A stretch of DNA of 32,000 bases from the NCBI GenBank assembly GCA_041661045.1, contig JBAZVE010000001.1, positions 1,110,001 to 1,142,000 of the forward strand, given 5' to 3'. This document shows positions 7,928 through 14,400 of this stretch, piece by piece (positions within the stretch are counted from its first letter, which is position 1; each line of letters opens with the position of its first letter). The position numbers and the translations under genes are program-made. Source of the DNA: Candidatus Saccharimonadota bacterium. Its GTDB lineage: Bacteria; Patescibacteriota; Gracilibacteria; UBA1369; 2-02-FULL-48-14. Below the pieces are notes generated by a model. The model worked only from the letters and a program-made list of their open reading frames with translations. It had not been told where the DNA came from and did no database searches.

Positions 7928-7956
7928 ATACTACTATATTTTTTATGATTGTTCAA
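7928..7956 (-). promoter_or_regulatory. Promoter candidate for the TrmB gene at 7907
   Basis: On the minus strand: TTGAAC (7956-7951), a 17-nt spacer, then TAGTAT (7933-7928). The -35 lies inside the palindrome at 7945-7960. Confidence 0.35.
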
Positions 7957-7960
7957 TCAT
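7945..7960. promoter_or_regulatory. Perfect 7-2-7 palindrome ATGATTG-TT-CAATCAT, operator candidate
   Basis: Read directly from the sequence. It lies between the divergent genes at 7907 (-) and 8013 (+). Additional half-sites are ATGATTG at 7906-7912 and CAATCTT at 7976-7982. Confidence 0.4.
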
Positions 7961-7963
7961 ATC

Positions 7964-7992
7964 TTGACTGATGCTCAATCTTAGAGTTTAAT
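7964..7992 (+). promoter_or_regulatory. Sigma70-like promoter candidate for the gene at 8013
   Basis: TTGACT (7964-7969), a 17-nt spacer, then TTTAAT (7987-7992). This is 20 nt upstream of the ATG. Confidence 0.45.
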
Positions 7993-8012
7993 CTGTTGCC
8001 TTTAAGTTCCAT

Positions 8013-8810
8013 ATGTCTAAGCCAAAAACTTCAGCTGCACGATCCAGTATAGCTATCGAATCGGTTATTGCGGGAGATATGCTTTTTAGTGACGATCGAC
8101 GGCCTGGGGTTGTGGATCTTCAGCAGCAGGCTTTTGAACAGGCTATGAGAGCTGTTCGTAAAAATATGGCTGATCCTAGCCGTACACTCGGACGAGTCTT
8201 GATGATGTTTGATCACAATGGTGAGGGCTGGGGTCGGTATTTGTCTCCTGAGGTTACTGGTAAGCCAGCAAAATTTCCAAAACTTCCTCATTTAGATAGA
8301 TCTTACGCTTTAACTTTAATGTCTACAGCGCATCAACTTGGAGTAGATCCTTACATTGTTGAAGCCATTCCAGAAGCTAGGTTGAGAGAAGAAATTAGAA
8401 GGGCACTTGAGTCCGAACCAGCTAAAACTACTCTTTTTAAAGAGAAGTTAATAGTTGCTGATCCAGATTCGGGAGCGGAGGATGTTCATGATGAGAAGAA
8501 ACAAACTGATGAGGATTCATGTCCATTTTTAGTCAAATGCAGGGGTGTTTCAGCTGCTCTTTTTAAGCTTGCAAGTACGGCTAAAGGGAAACAGGTTGGT
8601 GTTATCAAAGGGTTTTTTCAGAAAGATGGTCAAAATGATCGGAGAGTAAATCTACAGGTTATTTTAGATGGAGCTCAGTTCGCACAAACTCATTTAGATG
8701 TTGGTTCTGAGATTCGAGTTTATTTTTACACGCCGATTCCTGCCTTGGGAGCTGTTGCACCCGAGCGAATATATATTTTGAGGGATGGCCGTATTGATGA
8801 CATCAAGTAG
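8013..8810 (+). CDS. Hypothetical protein, 265 aa (orphan)
   Basis: Long ORF with an ATG start and its own good promoter match, divergent from a TrmB gene. I recognise no domain. Confidence 0.65.
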   Translation: MSKPKTSAARSSIAIESVIAGDMLFSDDRRPGVVDLQQQAFEQAMRAVRKNMADPSRTLGRVLMMFDHNGEGWGRYLSPEVTGKPAKFPKLPHLDRSYALTLMSTAHQLGVDPYIVEAIPEARLREEIRRALESEPAKTTLFKEKLIVADPDSGAEDVHDEKKQTDEDSCPFLVKCRGVSAALFKLASTAKGKQVGVIKGFFQKDGQNDRRVNLQVILDGAQFAQTHLDVGSEIRVYFYTPIPALGAVAPERIYILRDGRIDDIK

Positions 8811-8833
8811 CTTGAGAGAGTCTCAAGTTTGAT

Positions 8834-9610
8834 TTAGCCTTTTCCTAGACTTTTTGCGTACTCAAATGCAAATCTGAAAATAGTGCGTTGTGTATTCGCA
8901 ATGGCTTCGTTTTGAATAATCACTCCCAGCATATCTTTGTGCGAGATGATGCTCATTTTATCGTCATAAATGTTGATTTCATTCTCAAAATAATAGAGGT
9001 CTTTCGGGATGAAACGGACTTCGCGTAATTCTTTTTGACTTCTATTTTGGAGTTTTATCCCGGTCTCGTCGTTTAAAAACAAACATTTGCTCCAGATTTT
9101 TCTTTTTATCTTTTTCTTGAGATAACTTGGGTGGTAGTCACTCAACAGTGTGTTTACGGCAAGATCTGTATTCGCCCAACACAGTAGCATTTTGTCTTTT
9201 ACGGTGAGGGTGTCTTCCATGATTTGGATGAGGCCTTCTTTGCCGCGGAAGACGGACATTTGGGGGGTGGCGGTGAGGTCTTGGTGGAGGTGGCTGAGGG
9301 CGGGGAGGATGGTTTTGAGGGATTCGAGTTCGGTTTTGGCTTTGGCGTATTTTTTGGTTTGGGCTTCGATGAGGAGTTCGGGTTTGCAGGCTTGGAAATA
9401 CAAATGGCCCATTTTTTTGATGTGGCTGGCCAAGCCTTTTCGTTCCAGCTGCTCCAAAATCAAGTAAGTGGTGGAGCGTTTGACGCCGGTTTTTCGGGAA
9501 AGGGTGCCGGGGAGAGCTTCATTCAACTCTAAAAGCGCCAAATACACACGGGCTTCTTTCTCTTTAAAGCCCATTGTTTGCAGGGTTCTGAGGAGGTCCT
9601 CTTTATCCAT
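8834..9610 (-). CDS. TrmB-family transcriptional regulator, 258 aa
   Basis: N-terminal HTH: MGFKEKEARVYLALLELNEALPGTLSRKTGVKRSTTYLILEQLERKGLA. It lies 15 nt downstream of the response-regulator-like gene on the same strand. Confidence 0.9.
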   Translation of the reverse strand: MDKEDLLRTLQTMGFKEKEARVYLALLELNEALPGTLSRKTGVKRSTTYLILEQLERKGLASHIKKMGHLYFQACKPELLIEAQTKKYAKAKTELESLKTILPALSHLHQDLTATPQMSVFRGKEGLIQIMEDTLTVKDKMLLCWANTDLAVNTLLSDYHPSYLKKKIKRKIWSKCLFLNDETGIKLQNRSQKELREVRFIPKDLYYFENEINIYDDKMSIISHKDMLGVIIQNEAIANTQRTIFRFAFEYAKSLGKG

Positions 9611-9625
9611 GGGTTTACTTAGAGA

Positions 9626-10315
9626 TCATTGTAGATCCATTTGATAGCCCAGACAAGGAATAGTACGGATGATGGGAGTTTGGCTGACCGGAGCAAATTT
9701 TTTGCGGAGACGGCTGATGTAAACATCGATGGTGTTTTGGGCCACAAAATCCCGCTTGTCCCAGACATAATCAATAATATATTCCCGACTGATGGTGCGG
9801 CCGGAGTTGAGGAGGAAGAGCTCGAGGAGAAAAAATTCTTTACGAGAAAGTTCAATGGTTTTTTCTTTAAATGAAACACTTCTGGAAATCCGGTCCAGAC
9901 TGATTTGCCCCACCTGCATTGCTTTTTGTGGAGAGGATTTTTGGACGATTTCGTGTATAAAAAATGGCAATTGTGATAGGGCGATGGATTCGTTCATAAA
10001 AATACATTGTTTGAGCAAGGAGCTGGAAGTTTTCCCCTGAAAATGCTTTCGTTCACTTGAATCGAAAAAAATAATGGGGGTGCGGCTGGAAATGGATTTT
10101 AAGAATACTTCGATGAAGGCCCATTGTTCTTTGATGAGCGTGTGGGGGAATACGATGCCATCGGTTTCAAAGTGAGAATGATGCGAGAGGCTGAGTGGCG
10201 AAACCACGAGACTCGAAAAATTGTTTCGTTTGAGGGCCGCGCTGAGCGTGGAGCCTTGGAGCAAATGTGGAGTGACAATGAGGATGTGCATGGGGAAGGG
10301 GCTAGGAAAATTCAT
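9626..10315 (-). CDS. OmpR/PhoB-type winged-helix DNA-binding protein with degenerate receiver domain
   Basis: The C-terminus LSRKEFFLLELFLLNSGRTISREYIIDYVWDKRDFVAQNTIDVYISRLRKKF...IRTIPCLGYQM is the Trans_reg_C pattern. The N-terminal ~115 aa has receiver-like spacing, but it reads MHILIVTPHLL where the acidic DD pair is expected, and no conserved Lys context is seen. Confidence 0.8.
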   Translation of the reverse strand: MNFPSPFPMHILIVTPHLLQGSTLSAALKRNNFSSLVVSPLSLSHHSHFETDGIVFPHTLIKEQWAFIEVFLKSISSRTPIIFFDSSERKHFQGKTSSSLLKQCIFMNESIALSQLPFFIHEIVQKSSPQKAMQVGQISLDRISRSVSFKEKTIELSRKEFFLLELFLLNSGRTISREYIIDYVWDKRDFVAQNTIDVYISRLRKKFAPVSQTPIIRTIPCLGYQMDLQ

Positions 10316-10495
10316 GGTACTGCTCTGTGCTGTGTTTTGTGAAATAGCGACTGAGGGTTTCCAGATCTAAATCGCGTTGTTGTAGCGTTGACAACACTGG
10401 TTTTTGCTGAACTGTCATCCAATGCTGACGACAGTACTTTCTTTACAAAACTTAAGGGGGGCGCTTATGCTTGTGCCACATTGCCGCACTGCCAT

Positions 10496-10828
10496 ATGTT
10501 CAATGAAAATCTTACTTGTCTGGGTCTTTCGGAGAAGGAAGCGATGCTCTATTTGCTGCTTCTTAGAAATGGGCCTGCGCCCGCCACACTCTTGGCCAAA
10601 CGGCTTGGAATCAAACGGGTTTCCTTGTATCCGGTTTTGTCGGCCCTTCTTGAGCGGGGTTTGATCTCTTTTGAACAAACAAAGTTTGGCCGAAAATATC
10701 TTCCCCATGATCCGGAGTGTTTGCTGGATTTTTTGGAAGAAGAAAGGGCGGAGCTGATCCATCGGATGGATTTGGCAAAAAGCTGCATCCTCCAACTTCA
10801 TGAGTTTTCTGTTTGGCAAAAAGTTTAG
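10496..10828 (+). CDS. Short TrmB-like HTH-only protein, 110 aa
   Basis: From the ATG at 10496: MFNENLTCLGLSEKEAMLYLLLLRNGPAPATLLAKRLGIKRVSLYPVLSALLERGLISF. This is the TrmB N-terminal HTH followed by a short helix, with no C-terminal domain. The track start at 10388 is a TTG that adds an implausible N-terminus. Confidence 0.65.
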   Translation: MFNENLTCLGLSEKEAMLYLLLLRNGPAPATLLAKRLGIKRVSLYPVLSALLERGLISFEQTKFGRKYLPHDPECLLDFLEEERAELIHRMDLAKSCILQLHEFSVWQKV

Positions 10829-11511
10829 GAAAGAACGGGTGCCGGAGCCTCAATTTCCACTTCGATGTTGAGGCGGGGGTGGTGGAAGCGGGTTTTCCAG
10901 GAGTGGAGATAGAATTTTCCTTTGCCTTTTTTTTGGCGTTGGATCAAGTTGTTGAAGGTTTTGTCGCCGTATTCACGGTCCAGAATCAAGGGATGGCCGA
11001 TCATGGCCAAGTGTTTGCGGATTTGGTGTTTGCGACCGGTTTCAATGCGGACTTCTAAAAGCGAAGAGTTTGCGATTTTTTTAAGAATTTTATAATGCGT
11101 CACGGCGGGCACCTTCTTTTTGATGCTGCGGGCTTCGAGGGGGAAGCTGATGGTTCCTTCGGCTTGTTTGGGCACCCATTTGACCCACGCAAGGTAGGTT
11201 TTTTGAGTTCTTGAATCCTCAAAAATGGACTCCAAAGCTTCACGGTCTCGGGGGTGTTTGCCCAAAAGCAGCACGCCGGAAGTGTCTTGATCCAAGCGGT
11301 TGAGGAGGTAGGGCTTGTAGTCTTTTCCCTCTCGAATCGCCTGTTCTCGCAGCTGACCTTGGAGTGTTCTGTATTCCGGAATGTGGGGGGCCGGCACCGA
11401 AACGAGTCCCGCGGGCTTATTCACCGCCAGCAGGAACTCGTCTTCGTAGATAACGGGAATTTCTATTTTATTCACCCTTTCCACTGAGGTAAATACTGAG
11501 ATCCTGGCCAT
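10825..11511 (-). CDS. RluA-family pseudouridine synthase
   Basis: YEDEFLLAVNKPAGLVSV and LNRLDQDTSGVLLLGK (the catalytic Asp motif), plus the HQIRKHL motif. The ATG at 11511 overlaps the upstream gene by 44 nt. A GTG at 11475 is an alternative start. Confidence 0.9.
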   Translation of the reverse strand: MARISVFTSVERVNKIEIPVIYEDEFLLAVNKPAGLVSVPAPHIPEYRTLQGQLREQAIREGKDYKPYLLNRLDQDTSGVLLLGKHPRDREALESIFEDSRTQKTYLAWVKWVPKQAEGTISFPLEARSIKKKVPAVTHYKILKKIANSSLLEVRIETGRKHQIRKHLAMIGHPLILDREYGDKTFNNLIQRQKKGKGKFYLHSWKTRFHHPRLNIEVEIEAPAPVLS

Positions 11512-12004
11512 TGAGCGTCACCAAGAGTGTGCTGTAATCCAGGTCTCCACTATTGGCTTCAATCGTTTTTGTGATTTGAGCATGGGCTCTTGGGTCGTCA
11601 CAGGTACCGCCAAGCAGCAACTCTCCGGAGAGCGCAACCGTGAGGATGTCTCCTTCGATGCTGACGCTATCTACGGTGAGGGCGGATTCATCCAAGGCAT
11701 TGTATAAACCGGTTTCTTCCCAATCTTCGTTGCTGAACAATTCCTCCAAAACCCACTCCACTTTTTCTTCACCTTCCAAGGTCAGGATGGGTTGGGGGTC
11801 CATTTCCACAGCAATGGAAGAATCTCCGCAGCCTACGGGCATGCCGGTGGCGCCATCGTCTTCCAACTTAATATAAGTAAGCACGATGGGTTCCTCCACA
11901 GCGGGTTCTTCTGTAATGGGGTCTTCAATAGGGGTTTCATCAATCTCTTCGCTTTGACAAGCGCTCAAGAGAAGGAGTCCGGCAATAAGGAGATATTTTT
12001 TCAT
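11468..12004 (-). CDS. Lipoprotein, possibly GerMN-like
   Basis: MKKYLLIAGLLLLSAC-QSE is a signal peptide with an LSAC lipobox. It is followed by an acidic linker and then a globular domain. The GerMN assignment is a weak memory-based guess. Confidence 0.7.
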   Translation of the reverse strand: MKKYLLIAGLLLLSACQSEEIDETPIEDPITEEPAVEEPIVLTYIKLEDDGATGMPVGCGDSSIAVEMDPQPILTLEGEEKVEWVLEELFSNEDWEETGLYNALDESALTVDSVSIEGDILTVALSGELLLGGTCDDPRAHAQITKTIEANSGDLDYSTLLVTLNGQDLSIYLSGKGE

Positions 12005-12035
12005 AGGAGAGGGGTATTTTCGGCACCGCCGAATG

Positions 12036-12356
12036 TTATTTTTTAGATTTCTTCTTTCCGTTCTTTTTTGCAGCTTTTGGCATTTCCGGCATCATCATGG
12101 GCATTTCGCAAGAACCACAACCGCCACAAGCATCATCTCCACACGCGCCGCAGGCATCAGAGCCATCGCAACATGAAGCCTCTCTATTGCTACGAATCAT
12201 CCATTTGAGTCCACTCACCACCAAAATGCTGGGCAAGAGGTAATCCCAAGTTTCGGGTGGGACCAAGTCGAAGCGTTGCAAAAGGAGAACAGCACCGACG
12301 ACAAAGGCAACGAGGCCGAGCCATACTTGGCTGTCACGAGAGTGGGAGAAACACAT
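12036..12356 (-). CDS. Small two-TM membrane protein with Cys/Met-rich, Lys-terminated tail
   Basis: Two hydrophobic helices (VWLGLVAFVVGAVLLLQRF and WDYLLPSILVVSGLKWMI) are followed by ASCCDGSDACGACGDDACGGCGSCEMPMMMPEMPKAAKKNGKKKSKK. Confidence 0.7.
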   Translation of the reverse strand: MCFSHSRDSQVWLGLVAFVVGAVLLLQRFDLVPPETWDYLLPSILVVSGLKWMIRSNREASCCDGSDACGACGDDACGGCGSCEMPMMMPEMPKAAKKNGKKKSKK

Positions 12357-12438
12357 AGAGGCGTGGTTAGAATTATAAGTAATCTCATTCTCCGCTTAAA
12401 AAAAGTTTTTGCAAGTGCGTGACCTTGCCAAGATTTTG

Positions 12439-12447
12439 TGATATACT
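12439..12447 (+). promoter_or_regulatory. Extended -10 candidate (TGATATACT)
   Basis: TGnTATACT lies 38 nt upstream of the ATG at 12486. Confidence 0.35.
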
Positions 12448-12485
12448 ATTACTAAGTTTAATATTTTTTTAACCCCATTCAGCCC

Positions 12486-12917
12486 ATGTCCGACGCAAAC
12501 CAAAACCAAAATGCCGGCGCTCAAGGCGCTCAAGGCCAGCAACAACTTCAGGTCAAAGTGCCTGATGAAGTCCAAAAAGGAACTTACTCCAATGCCGTTT
12601 CCGTTAATGTGAACTCCAATGAAGTGGTTCTGGATTTTGGATATTTACTGCCCAATACTCCTGCTCCTATTATTGAAGTGGTGAGTCGGGTCAACATGAA
12701 CCAACGCACGGCGGAATCTTTCCTCAATGTGCTTGCGGGTGCCATGGAGGACTTTAAAAAGAAGCAAGCTCAACAAGCTGCTGCCGCTCCTGCGCCGATG
12801 GCTCCTGCTGCTCCTGTTATGGAAGCTCCTGCTCCAATGGGTCCAGCACCGATGGGACCTGCTCCAATGGGACCGATGCCGGAAGCACCTATGCCTCCAT
12901 ATCCCACTAACGCCTAG
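12486..12917 (+). CDS. DUF3467-like protein with Ala/Pro/Met-rich repeat tail
   Basis: The core GTYSNAVSVNVNSNEVVLDFGYLLP matches my memory of the DUF3467 pattern. The tail reads AAAPAPMAPAAPVMEAPAPMGPAPMGPAPMGPMPEAPMPPYP. Confidence 0.7.
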   Translation: MSDANQNQNAGAQGAQGQQQLQVKVPDEVQKGTYSNAVSVNVNSNEVVLDFGYLLPNTPAPIIEVVSRVNMNQRTAESFLNVLAGAMEDFKKKQAQQAAAAPAPMAPAAPVMEAPAPMGPAPMGPAPMGPMPEAPMPPYPTNA

Positions 12918-12987
12918 TTTTACAGTGGCCTGACTTGATTCTATGGGGAAGTTCCCCTAAGATTGCGGGGTTCCTTAACCCTGTTCT

Positions 12988-14349
12988 ATGTCGACCATGG
13001 ATGAAGTCATCTCTTTGTGCAAGCGACGGGGCTTTGTGTACCCGGGCAGTGAAATTTATGGGGGTCTTGCGAATACTTGGGATTATGGACCGTACGGGGC
13101 CGTGCTCAAGCGCAACATCGTGAATTTGTGGTGGAAGTCGTTTATTGAAGATCGGGACGATATGCTCGCGCTCGACAGTGCGATTTTGATGAATCCCCGT
13201 GTGTGGGAAGCCAGCGGGCATATTGCCAACTTTGCGGACCCTTTGATGGATTGTAAAAACTGTAAAGAACGAGTGCGAGGAGATAAAATCCTGGAAGAGC
13301 ATTTAAAAGAGACGATTGCGGGGCTCAGCAACCAAGAGATCTATGCACGGATTATGGATGCTAAAATTCCGTGCCCCAAATGTGGCAAGGTGAATTGGAC
13401 GGAGCCGCGTGCTTTTAACCTGATGTTCAAGACTTACCAAGGGGTGGTGGAGGATACGGCGGAGCAAATTTATTTGAGACCGGAGACCGCGCAGGGGATT
13501 TTTGTGAATTTCAAAAACATTTTGGATTCGATGCGGGTTCGGTTGCCGTTTGGAGTGGGACAGGTTGGGAAGTCTTTCCGTAATGAAATCACTCCCGGGA
13601 ATTTTATTTTCCGCACGCGTGAATTTGAGCAAATGGAGATTGAATATTTTGTGAGACCGGAGGATTCGGAACGAGCTTTTGACCAATGGGTGGAGGATTT
13701 TAAACAGTTTTTTGTGGCTTTGGGGATTCCCGAAAACAAATTGAGACTTCGTTATCATGAAAAGGATGAACTTTCGCATTATTCCTCCAAAACCGTGGAT
13801 TTTGAGTACGAGTACCCCTTTGGATGGGGTGAATTGATGGGTATTGCGCATCGTGGCTCGTTTGACCTGGATCAACACAGCAAATTCTCCGGTGAAAAAT
13901 TGCAGTATCGAGACCCCGTCAGTAATGAGGTTTTTGTACCTCATACCGTGGAACCCGCCCTTGGTCTGACTCGAAGCGTCTTGATTGTGCTTTTGAGTGC
14001 TTACGAAGAACAGGAATTGGAGGGTGGTGAAAAACGAACCGTGATGCATTTTGCCCCGGCTTTGGCTCCGGTGCAGGTGGCCGTTTTCCCCCTGCAAAAA
14101 CAACAGAGTGAAGCCGCAAGCAAGCTCTACAAATCGCTCAAAAAATCTTTCCGCTCCGAATACGATGAAAGCGGTGCCATTGGTAAACGCTATCGCCGTC
14201 AGGATGAAATTGGGACCCCTTTCTGTGTGACTTACGACTTTCAGTCCGATGACGATGCTGCGGTGACCGTTCGCGAACGGGACAGTATGAAACAGGAGCG
14301 CGTGAAGATGGAGGATTTGGAAGCTTATTTGAGCAAGCGGCTGTTGTAA
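12988..14349 (+). CDS. glyQS: Glycine--tRNA ligase, dimeric class II type
   Basis: MDEVISLCKRRGFVYPGSEIYGGLANTWDYGPYGAVLKRNI.., RPETAQGIFVNF, FRNEITPGNFIFRTREFEQMEIEYF and the C-terminal anticodon-binding region. The length of 453 aa fits. Confidence 0.95.
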   Translation: MSTMDEVISLCKRRGFVYPGSEIYGGLANTWDYGPYGAVLKRNIVNLWWKSFIEDRDDMLALDSAILMNPRVWEASGHIANFADPLMDCKNCKERVRGDKILEEHLKETIAGLSNQEIYARIMDAKIPCPKCGKVNWTEPRAFNLMFKTYQGVVEDTAEQIYLRPETAQGIFVNFKNILDSMRVRLPFGVGQVGKSFRNEITPGNFIFRTREFEQMEIEYFVRPEDSERAFDQWVEDFKQFFVALGIPENKLRLRYHEKDELSHYSSKTVDFEYEYPFGWGELMGIAHRGSFDLDQHSKFSGEKLQYRDPVSNEVFVPHTVEPALGLTRSVLIVLLSAYEEQELEGGEKRTVMHFAPALAPVQVAVFPLQKQQSEAASKLYKSLKKSFRSEYDESGAIGKRYRRQDEIGTPFCVTYDFQSDDDAAVTVRERDSMKQERVKMEDLEAYLSKRLL

Positions 14350-14363
14350 AAAACCCTCTTTTC

Positions 14364-14372
14364 TGTTATACT
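14364..14372 (+). promoter_or_regulatory. Extended -10 candidate (TGTTATACT)
   Basis: TGnTATACT lies 28 nt upstream of the ATG at 14401. It is embedded in the inverted repeat TTTTCTGTT-N17-AACAGAAAA (14359-14393). Confidence 0.35.
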
Positions 14373-14400
14373 TATAAGATAAAAAACAGAAAAAAGGCGT

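Noticed and set aside
9224-9532. Gly/Phe/Glu-rich plus-strand ORF (GGGEVLVEVAEGGEDGFEGFEFGFGFG).
   Set aside because: It is the antisense shadow of the Lys/Glu/Leu-rich central helix of the TrmB paralog at 8834..9610.
12918-12987. T-box or other riboswitch leader upstream of glyQS, and likewise for cysS.
   Set aside because: The glyQS leader is only about 70 nt, with two small hairpins and no specifier or T-box sequence, so it is far too short. The cysS start overlaps the yggT stop, so cysS has no leader at all.
13303-14103. 266-aa minus-strand ORF inside glyQS.
   Set aside because: It is antisense to a highly conserved aminoacyl-tRNA synthetase gene and has no motifs.
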